Positions 31,628 through 41,673 of a DNA stretch of 64,000 nucleotides are shown here, piece after piece. A program made the position numbers and the translations under genes. Source of the DNA: Arenicellales bacterium. GTDB taxonomy: Bacteria > Pseudomonadota > Gammaproteobacteria > Arenicellales > JAJDZL01. The first letter of the stretch is position 1. Every line of letters starts with the position of its first letter. The stretch lies in assembly GCA_965202855.1 (NCBI GenBank), contig CBDBBP010000003.1, forward strand, positions 400,941 through 464,940, in the 5' to 3' direction. Below the pieces are notes generated by a model. The model saw nothing but the letters and a program-made list of their open reading frames with translations. It was not told the DNA's origin and made no database searches.

Positions 31628-33267
31628 AGTTTCTGGGTTGAAAATTGGCTGGAGAACAAGACCTAAGTAATTGATTTAATGTATAAAGTAAGCCTCGAAT
31701 GGTATATAATGTTGTTATTGAAAAATCATCAACAAACCAAACGAGGCTATAGCATGAATCATTGTGCCAGTAAATCTGAACTGCCACAAAATATTGAACC
31801 GACGGTGCAGGATCGACAATCTTTTCGCCCAGATGTGGGCGGCATTGGGTTTGAACGGACACTTGGGGCGAGCCGGCATGAACAAGCGCAGCGGTTTGAG
31901 CGCACGCGAAACAGTGTTTCTGCTGCTGATGTGGCGTTGGCTGCGAGGCTCTTCGATCGCCATGTTCTGTCGTCACTCCCTGCAGGAATTTTTTCAAGCG
32001 CGCAAAGATGCGGTGTATGAGTTTTCCAAGCGTGAAGACATCAACTGGCGCGGTCTGAACTACCGCGCGGCTCGGGCGGTCTAACAGCGCTGCGATTTCA
32101 AGCGTTCGTCGCAGCATGCCTTTGTGATCGATGACACCATTGTCAGTCGTCGCGGCAAGAAGATGGAAGGGGTATCGGCACACTATGATCACTGCTTGGG
32201 GAAAACCGTGATCGGACAGCAGGTGGTGACCTTGGGGCTGGTGGGAGACGACGGTTTTTTACCGCTGGATTCGGAACTGTTCATCAGTTCCAAGAAAGTG
32301 CAGGGATTGAATCACAAGCACCGAGATGGGCGCAGCGTGGTGGCTCGGCGGTATCGCTGTGCCAAGTGCCAAAGCAAGCCACAAATGGTCATTGGCATGT
32401 TGAAAAAAGCGATGCGCATGGGTTTTGAGGCACCGTATTTTGTGGCCGATTCGTGATATGGAACCAAGCGCATCATTCAGTCTGCACTGGAGCTGAAGTT
32501 AACGGCGGTGTTGTGCATGAAAAGAGGAAATTAAAATATTGCGTGCTCCAAGCAGATGGCAACGAGGTGATGCTGGACGCCAAGCAGCTGTATGCCAAGG
32601 CGGTACGCAAAAAGTGGCGCAAAGTCGCAGGTCTGCCGTGGCGAGTGGTCTCTTGTACGGTACAGCTGAATCTTGAAGAGGATGAGAGCAAGCCAGAACG
32701 CTGGCAGCCGGTGAAGCTGCTGTTCGTGCGCGGCTTGGATGACGACGATAAAAACCCCAGCAACAAGAACTGGGCTCTGTTTCTTTCCACTGATCTTCAG
32801 TTGAGCACCGAACAAATGCTGCAGACCTATAGTCTGCGCTGCAGCATGGAAGTTTATTTCAAAGAAACCAAGCAGTGCTTGGGGTTTTGGTTCGAACAGA
32901 CTCGCAGTTTCGCCTCGTTCATCGCCTCCATCCATCTGTGTGCGACCCGTCATCTGCTGCTCAGCTATGCGGCTTTAAGCGAGCACGGACACAATGTCCC
33001 TGAAGTGCGCGAACAGATCAAAGAACAACTCGATACGATCTGTTTTGCACGCCGCCTGTGGAACTACTTCCGTAGCTTGGTGTACCGTTCCATCCGCGCC
33101 AGCAAAACCCTGACCGAGCGCAGCCTTGACTTCGTGATGCAAGCCATTGACCGAGAAGTCGAACAATTCTTGGAGAGATCACTTCAATTGGATGTCCTCA
33201 GCCTCCAAATGGAGGATGATCCAGCTGTTTTGTCAGGCTAAATTAGATGACTTTGAATCCAGAAACT
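31628..33267 (+). mobile_element. IS4/IS701-type insertion sequence, about 1.64 kb, inactivated
   Basis: Imperfect terminal inverted repeats agtttctgggttgaaaa (31628-31644) and ctttgaatccagaaact (33251-33267) match at 15 of 17 positions. They enclose one broken transposase gene. The element is visibly more G+C-rich than its flanks. Confidence 0.6.
31764..33241 (+). pseudogene. IS4/IS701-type DDE transposase, disrupted
   Basis: Motifs FVIDDTIVSRRGKKMEGVSAHYD and YFVADS*YGTKR. Three lesions are visible: an in-frame TAA at 32082-32084, a TGG-to-TGA change at 32454-32456, and a frameshift in the A-run near 32520-32530. The C-terminal part is 32453..33241. Confidence 0.65.
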
Positions 33268-33715
33268 TTTCTTAAAATGTAAGTACGCTATAGTTAAAAT
33301 GTTAAGACAACAATTAAGTCTGAGTATTATTTAAAACAGTATTAATTTTGGGGGAATGCAGTCGTGTCCACTGTAATGAGAAAGTCTCTAAAGATTTAAT
33401 ATTAATTGAATCTTCCTGTGGACGTAAATCAAAGCATGAAGGAATCAGAGAACGCCCCCGGGGGCGCGAAGGCTTTGTAATAGCATTTTATTTGGAAAAC
33501 AACGGTACGTGCATAAATAGGACCCAATTTTCAATGAAGTGATTGCTAGAGACGGACGTGGGCATTGCAGGGCATCATTCTGTTGGATTGAGGTCAAGCA
33601 GGAAACTGAATGACGAATATTCTCATATTCAATTGCACGACGATTCTCTGGTGACGGAATGATTCGGACTGTATTTTGAACCCCGAAACTCGAGGATTAC
33701 ATTAAAGGTTTTACT

Positions 33716-36115
33716 ATGCTATCGAGTTCCTCAAAGAACGAAAAAATGCTCTGGTCTGAGCTTGAACCACTCGTTGATTCGTTGCATGTCTTAGGTATCG
33801 ATCTAGGTACTACTAATTCCGTAATCGCAGAAATTGTGATGCAGCCTGGTGAAAAGTCACCATCGGTTAGATGTCTTGAAGTGAAACAAGATACTCTTCA
33901 AGGCCCAGATTTTAGTAGTCTTGTGCCGTCTGTTGTAGTAGACAGTGGAAGCGAAACGATTGTCGGAGAAGGTGCGAAGGAACGACGAGCTCGTTTAAAT
34001 GAGTTCAAGTTAGAACGAGAAAAAGACATTTTTTGGAATTGTAAAAACTACATGGGTGTTCGCCGGACTTACCACAGAGCGCAAGACGGCTTTAGGTCAG
34101 CTAAAGAAATTAGCGGGCAAATTCTTAAGTTTCTCGTAGACGCGGTACCGATGGACAAGCAAACAATTTTGACGCGAACAGTTATAAGTGTACCAGCATC
34201 TTACCAGAGCGCACAACGTAACGACACTGTTCAAGCGGCGGAATTAGCTGAGATAGACCTAAGAGATGATGGATTAATAGATGAGCCAATCGCAGCTTTT
34301 CTGTCGTTCCTATACCTTAATCGTGGCGAAATATTCACTGATCTCGAACAATCAAAGCGGCTCGTTGTTTTTGATTTCGGTGGTGGTACTTGCGACGTAG
34401 CGATATTTGAACTCTTTCCACAAAGTAGGAAACTAAATTTAAATGTTGCGCCACTCGTAGTTTCACGATATCACAGGCTTGGAGGAGGCGATATAGACCG
34501 AGCAATTGTAGTTGACGTGTTGCTACCTCAGCTCTACAAACAAAATAATGTGAGTGACGGCGAATTTGACTTTGGTGTGAAGTCCAAGTTCATTATTCCT
34601 GCGCTGCTTGGTGTCGCAGAAGAATTGAAGATTGGTATTTGTCGGGAAATTAATCGTCTTAAGAATTTAGGTCAATATGAATCAAAACGCAGTGATCTTA
34701 TAAAGAAAATTCCTGGCTTTTTTAAAGTTGATTTGAGAAGTAAGAAGAACCTGAAACTTACAGAACCTACATTAAGTGCGAGCGAATTTGAACGTGTTTT
34801 GGAGCCATTTCTAGAAAGCGAGTTACTTTATTATCGTGAAATGTCTGAGTACTACACGATATGCTCGATATTTGCACCTCTTGAAGACGCTTTAGAACGT
34901 GCAAATTTGCATGCTCGTAATATTGATTTGTGTCTATTAGTGGGAGGAAGCAGTCTAATACCACAGGTTTTTGAAGCTGTCGAAAAACATTTTTTTGCTG
35001 CAGAAATTTTGCGATTCGATAAATTAGAAGAAATTCAGACAAGTGTTGCACAGGGTGCGGCGTTGCAAGCGTTGTCTCAGATTTTAAATGGAAAAAGCGT
35101 AATTTCTCCAATTACAAATGACGGTATTCGTATCCAGACGGAAAGTGGACCAATAGAATTGATCCCCAAAGGCGAAGAATTGCCATATTATTCAAACGAA
35201 AATTGGGCGGTGAATGAAGATTTAGAAGTTCCAAACACCGGAAAGAATGTTGAATTGAACATTGAGATCAACAACTCTCACGACGAAATTTTAATGCAAT
35301 ATTTGTGGCGGATTGAACGGAGAGTCACTAAGGGCGATGCCCTTCGATTGTATTTTCGAATGGATAGCAATCAGGTTTTACACTTGAAACTTGAATTGGT
35401 GGATGACCCTACTTTTCAAATTGCGCGTTCGATAGAGAATCCATTAACGAATGTTGTGAATCCCAACAAAACTCGGAATAAAATTCTTGAATTGGAAGAG
35501 CAAATACGAACACAATCTATGACATCGGCGCAGATACGATTGAAAGTTCTTGAAGTTGCCAAACTGGAAGCCAAACTAAGCCACTTCGAAAAGGCTTTAC
35601 ATTTGTTGCGAGAGCTAAACAAACGGAAACCAGAGTCTCATATACTACATCGCATGGGTTTAATTTGTGGAGAAATGAGGGACTTCGAACGTGAAGAAAA
35701 ATTTTATCTTGAAGCTGCCCGAATATCGTCAAATGGAAGTGCGTCGCTGTTTAATCTCGCTTTGTCAAAAAAATCGCAGGGAAAATTCGAGGAAGCCATA
35801 GATATTATTGATGAAGCTATAAAGATTGAACAAGACCCGGCTTATTTGATTTTGAAAGCTCTATTGTCTGATCACTTGAATCTTTCTTCAGATAAACGCA
35901 ATAGATTGCTTCAAACTGCATTAGAGACTAGTGAACCTTTGCATCTAATGTCGGATTTTGATATCTATTGGTATGAACGTGGTAGCCAGTTGGCAGGAAA
36001 CAGCGAAAGAATAAATGAAGTGGAAGATGAAAAAAGGCGGAGAAAAAGAGCTTCAATTCCTAAGAGTGGAGGAGAATTACCCAAGAAAAGGAGTGAAAAC
36101 TCGAAGAACTCATGA
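33716..36115 (+). CDS. Non-canonical Hsp70 (DnaK-fold ATPase plus SBD-beta-like domain) with C-terminal TPR-like repeats and a basic tail
   Basis: 799 aa. Full actin-fold motif set: GIDLGTTNS (33794-33820), DEPIAAF, VVFDFGGGTCDVAI, LGGGDID, LLVGGSSLIPQV and AQGAALQA. A beta-sandwich-like segment (ISPITNDGIRIQTESGPIELIPKGEELPY ... LRLYFRMDSNQVLHLKL) follows, then about 200 aa of helical TPR-like repeats and the tail EDEKRRRKRASIPKSGGELPKKRSENSKNS. Confidence 0.85.
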   Translation: MLSSSSKNEKMLWSELEPLVDSLHVLGIDLGTTNSVIAEIVMQPGEKSPSVRCLEVKQDTLQGPDFSSLVPSVVVDSGSETIVGEGAKERRARLNEFKLEREKDIFWNCKNYMGVRRTYHRAQDGFRSAKEISGQILKFLVDAVPMDKQTILTRTVISVPASYQSAQRNDTVQAAELAEIDLRDDGLIDEPIAAFLSFLYLNRGEIFTDLEQSKRLVVFDFGGGTCDVAIFELFPQSRKLNLNVAPLVVSRYHRLGGGDIDRAIVVDVLLPQLYKQNNVSDGEFDFGVKSKFIIPALLGVAEELKIGICREINRLKNLGQYESKRSDLIKKIPGFFKVDLRSKKNLKLTEPTLSASEFERVLEPFLESELLYYREMSEYYTICSIFAPLEDALERANLHARNIDLCLLVGGSSLIPQVFEAVEKHFFAAEILRFDKLEEIQTSVAQGAALQALSQILNGKSVISPITNDGIRIQTESGPIELIPKGEELPYYSNENWAVNEDLEVPNTGKNVELNIEINNSHDEILMQYLWRIERRVTKGDALRLYFRMDSNQVLHLKLELVDDPTFQIARSIENPLTNVVNPNKTRNKILELEEQIRTQSMTSAQIRLKVLEVAKLEAKLSHFEKALHLLRELNKRKPESHILHRMGLICGEMRDFEREEKFYLEAARISSNGSASLFNLALSKKSQGKFEEAIDIIDEAIKIEQDPAYLILKALLSDHLNLSSDKRNRLLQTALETSEPLHLMSDFDIYWYERGSQLAGNSERINEVEDEKRRRKRASIPKSGGELPKKRSENSKNS

Positions 36116-37347
36116 GCTGGCTCTTATCTCGAACTGAACTGACAAATCCGCAAGATTCTGCCGTTGAATTATCACACGATGTACATCGGATAATTCTCGG
36201 CTCACCAGGTTCCGGTAAGACTTTGGTTTTGCTACATAGAGCAAAACACCTTGTAGATAAACTTGGTGTTTTACCTAAGCGCTTTCGAATATTCGTATTT
36301 ACCAGAGTTCTGAAGGAATACATTTCCCCAGCTCTTAGTGAACTCGAACTTCCAAGCAATTGCGTACTTACTTTTGATAGTTGGTGTCTGAAATTTCACA
36401 GAGAAAATATTGGTCGTCCACCGTGGGAAAGAAAACGAAAGGGGTTCGATTTCGGGAAAATTCGTGAAGGAGTATGGGAATATTTGCGATCAACTGAATT
36501 TCCAAAAATGTATGATTTCGTCATGGTTGATGAAGGACAGGATTTTGATCCTATTGTTTACAGAATTCTCGATGCAATTGCCATTCATGTGACGATTTTT
36601 ATGGATTCCAAACAACAAATTTATGAGAATGGACTTGATAAGCACGGTATCCAAATGGTTCTGTCATCGCTGACTCCAGAACGTACTTTGCTCCCTGCTT
36701 TTCGCTGTTCTCCATACATTGTGCGAGTTTCAGTGGAGTTTATCTTGGAGAAAAATGATCGGGATGCCTTCGTAGAACAAAATCGACAAAACCAAAGTAA
36801 AGAGGGGAAGGTTCCAAATCTTTACCTTGCACGTGACAGAGATGAAGAAAAAGAGCAACTATTGGAGGTTGTTCGAAATAGAAGCATTAAGAATGATCGT
36901 GTTGCTATTCTCGTACCGACTGTACGACTTGCTTATAGTTTGGGGTGGTTTTTAACTGAGAAAGGTATTGAGATAGAAATTCCGGGACGACCAGGTTCAA
37001 ATCGAAAAAAATCTCTACCCACAATTGATTTTGCATCACCGTCCCCAAAGATTATGCCTTACCCGAGTGCCAAAGGACTTACGTTTGACTCGGTATTGAT
37101 GCCGTTGCTGAGCAAAAAAAAGTTTTCTCGTCATATGAATTTAGATCTTATGACCAGGTGGTTGTTTGTCGGTATTACACGTGCGACAGAATGGGTTTAT
37201 TTTAGTTCAGTTTCTGATGACTGCGTATTCCTTAGGCAATTTCAAAAGCTGGAATCCAACCAGCAGCTTTGGATACAGACAGGACCGGTTACACTTCCTG
37301 AATGGGATAACTCAGAGGGTGATGATGACCTTATAGATATTTTTTAG
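36112..37347 (+). CDS. Minimal UvrD/Rep-like SF1 helicase-family ATPase with an acidic C-terminal tail
   Basis: 411 aa. Walker A GSPGSGKT (36199-36222), motif II VMVDEGQDFD, AKGLTFDSVLMP and motif VI VGITRA, ending EGDDDLIDIF. Its ATG overlaps the Hsp70 stop (ATGA at 36112-36115). Confidence 0.8.
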   Translation: MSWLLSRTELTNPQDSAVELSHDVHRIILGSPGSGKTLVLLHRAKHLVDKLGVLPKRFRIFVFTRVLKEYISPALSELELPSNCVLTFDSWCLKFHRENIGRPPWERKRKGFDFGKIREGVWEYLRSTEFPKMYDFVMVDEGQDFDPIVYRILDAIAIHVTIFMDSKQQIYENGLDKHGIQMVLSSLTPERTLLPAFRCSPYIVRVSVEFILEKNDRDAFVEQNRQNQSKEGKVPNLYLARDRDEEKEQLLEVVRNRSIKNDRVAILVPTVRLAYSLGWFLTEKGIEIEIPGRPGSNRKKSLPTIDFASPSPKIMPYPSAKGLTFDSVLMPLLSKKKFSRHMNLDLMTRWLFVGITRATEWVYFSSVSDDCVFLRQFQKLESNQQLWIQTGPVTLPEWDNSEGDDDLIDIF

Positions 37348-38058
37348 ACGTATCAAGAAAATATGCTTGAATATTGCGATTCAAACCACCAAAAATAAAT
37401 ATAGGGGGCTTTGTCGCATACTAGCGGGAATCGCCTGTCTGGATTAGGACTGTGCAATTCACTTTGCGTATGTTAGAAAACTGCGATGTTCGAACAAACA
37501 TCGTAAATTGATTCGTCAGAACAACAATTCGATCGAAATAGTGCTTCAATCAATCGCTTTTTTTTTCGGTCGAATTTCCAACTTCCAGACCGCACTGATT
37601 TTTCGACAAGTTTTCGAAAAATCTGAAAATTTTTCAGCACCTCTGTAATTCAAATGCTTTGAGAAGTCGTAAGAAAACCAAAATATTTTGTTCTTACAAA
37701 GTGTTATTCACAGACTCGAATTACCGAATTGCTGATGGATTGACCATATTCACAGATTTGAAATGGTCGTTTTAAAAATACCTTCTAGTTTCAATATGTT
37801 AAGTGATGGATCGGCCGCTGTATTGTTATAACCATCACCGAAACTTCGCATCAATGGATAAATTTAATGGATTCGAAGTCAAATAAAAATTTACGTTTTA
37901 TCGTGGAACTTTGCGAGTTGCTGATGCTGCCTGAGCAATTCAAGATGTGCGGAAGGAAACTCAATTTCAGTCTGTTTTAGCGGTATTCTATCTACGCAAA
38001 AAATTGATTCAGCTGTCTTGCGTTAGTGTTAAATTGTGACGAGACGCATGACCTAGGA

Positions 38059-39231
38059 TTATCTTCCTCGAATAGTTGACGAAGTGCTTGTAGTGGGTCG
38101 CACGAGCGGAACAGCAGTTATGATCAAAATAATGGAAGTTGCAATCAACGATGGTGTGAAGCTCGAAGTCGCGAGATGCAGCGCGCTCGCAAAGAAGGGC
38201 CCGATCAATTGTCCAACGGCGAATGCTGCTGTCATTACTCCGACATGGCGGGCGGCGTCAGTGGGTGTTGCGACGCGGTGTGCCTCATTTAGCCCCGCCA
38301 TTGTGATGACCATGAAAGTGCCTCCAACGCACAACCCCGCAGCGATGATCGAGAGGATGTGGGCATAAAGAACCGGCAGAATCAAACCAGTGGCCATCAC
38401 AAATTGACCGACACACCAGATTTGACGGTTGGAGAAACGACGATGGAGCCAGGCCGAAGCCAAGGTTGAAAGGAAGGCAGCGGTACCGAAAATAGGCCAC
38501 CCCCAGCCAAAAATCCATGGCGACGGCACAATTTCACGAGCCATCGCAGGCAGATACGTTCCAGGAATAATGTAACCTAGCCCAACCGCACCATATGCGA
38601 CAACGATACTCCACACGATAGGAGTTCGGCCTTCGGCACTCTCACTCTGAGAAGTATGCACAGCGGGAAGCGCCGCCCTCGAATTTTTCCAGATTAAACC
38701 TGAGATAAGAAGTGCCAATATGCCAATGAATTGCCAGCTGGCTGCGCTGGATACACCGCTGACCATCATGGAGAAACAGGCCAGTCCAGCAAGAGCGATC
38801 CCGGCACCGACACCTGAGAACACCCATCCCTTGTAGTCGGGCTGGCCAGCTTCCGCCAACGCCTTAATACAAAAGGTTCCTACCAAGACCAACACCCAGG
38901 CGCTAACAACTCCGGCGAGCCAGCGGAGCATCAGCCAGATCTCGAATTGTTCGGAAAACCCCATCGCCAGTGTGGCAAACCCAATTGCGACCAATGATGC
39001 TGGTAACAGCATGCGGGGTGACACTGGGACCCAAGCAGCCGTCAATGCTCCGATCAGGTAACCAATGAAATGGACCGTAGCGAGGAAGCCACCGTCCGAA
39101 ATCGTGATCAAACCATCGGCCTGCATCATGGGAAGAAGCGGTGTAAACGCAAACCGACCAATTCCTACGCCAACTGCTAGTCCGGCGAGACCGATGAAAG
39201 CAATTCGAAGCGTCGAGTCTTTTTTTGGCAT
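38059..39231 (-). CDS. MFS transporter, YbfB/YjiJ family
   Basis: 390 aa, about 12 TM segments, N-terminal GIGRFAFTPLLPMMQADG signature. The gene is conspicuously G+C-rich: a hand-counted 60-nt line is about 65% G+C, against roughly one third in the neighbouring Hsp70 gene. Confidence 0.8.
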   Translation of the reverse strand: MPKKDSTLRIAFIGLAGLAVGVGIGRFAFTPLLPMMQADGLITISDGGFLATVHFIGYLIGALTAAWVPVSPRMLLPASLVAIGFATLAMGFSEQFEIWLMLRWLAGVVSAWVLVLVGTFCIKALAEAGQPDYKGWVFSGVGAGIALAGLACFSMMVSGVSSAASWQFIGILALLISGLIWKNSRAALPAVHTSQSESAEGRTPIVWSIVVAYGAVGLGYIIPGTYLPAMAREIVPSPWIFGWGWPIFGTAAFLSTLASAWLHRRFSNRQIWCVGQFVMATGLILPVLYAHILSIIAAGLCVGGTFMVITMAGLNEAHRVATPTDAARHVGVMTAAFAVGQLIGPFFASALHLATSSFTPSLIATSIILIITAVPLVRPTTSTSSTIRGR

Positions 39232-39465
39232 ATTATTGCGGTTGAGATTTTGCTAAAGCAGCATATATTTGGATAACAGTGCGGGATTCGCCGCACGCGT
39301 CAGTTTGAGTATTCCATGCACGGCTCTCTGGAAATAATTTGGTTCTGTCAAAAGGCAGCTAGGAGTTACCAGACACTGGCAGATTTTCGGAAGAGTAAAG
39401 CAAGGATTTGAATGCAGCGAAGCGGGAGTTTGTCAGCATGTGTCGCGGGCATGCATACGGCAATC

Positions 39466-41673
39466 TCAATCACAAAGCCTTGTTCGAATCCAATTTCTTG
39501 TTGCATGTGAGTCGAATGCTTTGCGGCCGTAACCTTCATTTAGCAGAGACTCTGGAATAAATTTGTCGTATTTATCAGTGCACTTGTTTTTCAACTCAAG
39601 AGCTAGCTCAGTCTCATTGGGTAATTTTCCATTTGCTAAATCTATTAGATATTTCGCTACTTCGTCTCGAACAGCACCTTGAATTTCAACGACACCGCCA
39701 TTTGAGCTGGCATTGAATCCCTGTTGTTTCAATATGACGGTCAATGTGTTAACAATCTTGTCACCCATCCAAGTAAATAAATGACAATTATTCCCGACTT
39801 GTACAATTGACTGACGGGCCAAGTCAGACTGCTTAAAAAACTCAGCGCCTTCCTTGAAAAACTGCCGCGCCTGTTCATCTGCAAAATCTATCTTTCGAGA
39901 ATTTACTTCAATCCGATAGTCTCCTGCGGAATAAATTCTAAGCATCTCCTTCCGAACAACATCATGGACAGACATTCCGCTGCCATAAAATTTAGGCGGC
40001 TTGCCTCCTTTCGCTGAAACCACATGGACAACTCTTTTGATTTCGTCAATTTCTGTTACCTTCCAACGTTTGCCACTAAATACAATATGCTGATCCTTGT
40101 GAATGAAATTTTGTGCTGGCAACAGCCCTAAAGTCTTATTTTCAGTGACAATCCTATAGTCTAAAGGCGTATTGAATACAGAATAAAACGCATAGTGGCT
40201 GACAACGCGTTCTCCTTGAATTCCAAGTACCAGTTCGCCACTTCTAAACTGCTGTAACAATTGCTCTTTTCCCATCTGAGTTAGAAGCTGCTGGTACTGC
40301 TGAACGGAAATTTCTCTGAATGGACCTTGGTCACAGAGCAGAATATAAAGCTGGTCAATTCTAATGCTTCCCCATTGTGCGACTACTGCGAGTATCTGGT
40401 GAAGAAACGTTGAAAGATGCATTTGCCTTACATCTGGCGGTTCAAACCACTTGCGTACTATCATTAACCGAATCATTGCTAACGACTGAACCAGTTCAAG
40501 CCTAAGATGGTCGTTAATGTTTGACGTCTCATCCATTTGTCTCTCCGCGATAAGCATTTGAAGAACTGCCGGCGAGTTACGTCGACCAGACCGTCCTAGT
40601 CGCTGGCGCAAACTGGATACCGAGTGTGGCGCTGTTACCTGGATGACAGAATTCACTTTACCAATATCAATTCCAAGTTCTAACGTCATGGTACAGACTG
40701 CCGTCGTCGGAATGTTTTGTTGTTGTAGTCGAGCTTCTAGTTCTTCCCGTAAATTTTTCGCTAGGGAGCCGTGATGAGGAAAAAATTCGTTAGGTACGGA
40801 ATCTTGTTCACAAAAATCCGCTAAATTTACCGCTATATTCTCTGTCCGCTGACGTGTATTTGCGAACACAAGATGCGAATCTCCACGGCATCGTTGATAA
40901 ATCTCTTGGCAAATCTGATGCTCAGCAGGGGTAGGGGCTTGAGAATCATATTCCATGGTAGGAGCCGGTTCGATAAATCCCTTTATTTGAATTTTTATCA
41001 CGCTTCGAAATTTACTGCTCGTGATCGTTTTACAGGGTAGGCTTACGTTGGGTCTGAGATAAAGTGGAACTTTATCCAATTCTCCAAGCGTTGCACTTAA
41101 GGCTATTCTAGGTATGGGATCTTTGAGCCGATTTAACAGATGCTCTAACCTATTCAAAAGAGAAAGCAGTTGCTGCCCTCGCTCAGTCCCGATAAACGCG
41201 TGAAACTCGTCAACACAAACATATTTCAATTGAGAAAACGACTGTTTTACCCATCCTGCTTCGCGGACAAGAAGGGACTCCAGAGACTCTGGCGTAATTA
41301 GCAGAATCCCTTGGGGATTCCTTTTGAAATGCTTTTTCTTCGATTGCGAGACGTCACCGTGCCACGGGGTTACATGCATGTCAAGCATGTCGCATAATTC
41401 TCTCAGCCTCCGATACTGGTCGTTGATCAACGCTTTTAGGGGGCTTATATAGAGGATGCTGGCTGCTTGTTCCTGACCGACAACGGCACTGCATGCAGGA
41501 AGAAAAAATGCTTCTGTTTTGCCCTCTCCGGTGGATGCGCTGATTACTAAGTCACGGTCGCAAGATAATATTGGAAGGATTGCTTTTGACTGGATTTGAC
41601 GTAAATTGCTCCAGCCCTGTTTGTATACCCATTTCTGGATTTTTCGATCTAACTTCGCAAACGCATCCGTCAT
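39466..41673 (-). CDS. sngC: Shango SngC-like DEAD/DEAH-box helicase (Lhr/BrxHI-like)
   Basis: 735 aa. Q-motif/motif I ISASTGEGKTEAF, motif II VCVDEFHAF, motif VI QRLGRSGRR, and a long C-terminal extension. Its start overlaps the upstream ATPase stop (ATGA at 41670-41673). Confidence 0.75.
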   Translation of the reverse strand: MTDAFAKLDRKIQKWVYKQGWSNLRQIQSKAILPILSCDRDLVISASTGEGKTEAFFLPACSAVVGQEQAASILYISPLKALINDQYRRLRELCDMLDMHVTPWHGDVSQSKKKHFKRNPQGILLITPESLESLLVREAGWVKQSFSQLKYVCVDEFHAFIGTERGQQLLSLLNRLEHLLNRLKDPIPRIALSATLGELDKVPLYLRPNVSLPCKTITSSKFRSVIKIQIKGFIEPAPTMEYDSQAPTPAEHQICQEIYQRCRGDSHLVFANTRQRTENIAVNLADFCEQDSVPNEFFPHHGSLAKNLREELEARLQQQNIPTTAVCTMTLELGIDIGKVNSVIQVTAPHSVSSLRQRLGRSGRRNSPAVLQMLIAERQMDETSNINDHLRLELVQSLAMIRLMIVRKWFEPPDVRQMHLSTFLHQILAVVAQWGSIRIDQLYILLCDQGPFREISVQQYQQLLTQMGKEQLLQQFRSGELVLGIQGERVVSHYAFYSVFNTPLDYRIVTENKTLGLLPAQNFIHKDQHIVFSGKRWKVTEIDEIKRVVHVVSAKGGKPPKFYGSGMSVHDVVRKEMLRIYSAGDYRIEVNSRKIDFADEQARQFFKEGAEFFKQSDLARQSIVQVGNNCHLFTWMGDKIVNTLTVILKQQGFNASSNGGVVEIQGAVRDEVAKYLIDLANGKLPNETELALELKNKCTDKYDKFIPESLLNEGYGRKAFDSHATRNWIRTRLCD

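Noticed and set aside
31581-32192. A 203-aa minus-strand ORF, plus similar long antisense or overlapping ORFs at 22443..22967, 16829..17257, 21349..21822, 6420..6929, 28068..28433 and 32531..32953
   Set aside because: All lie fully inside better-supported genes on the other strand or frame. They have low-complexity or Arg/Ser/Pro-rich shadow composition and no recognisable motifs.
33716-36115. The Hsp70 gene considered as a housekeeping DnaK/HscA/HscC chaperone
   Set aside because: There is no dnaJ, grpE, hscB or isc context. The lid is replaced by TPR repeats, the gene is translationally coupled to a helicase, and it sits in an island. It is therefore treated as part of a candidate conflict system, though an HscC/YegD-like origin cannot be excluded without phylogeny.
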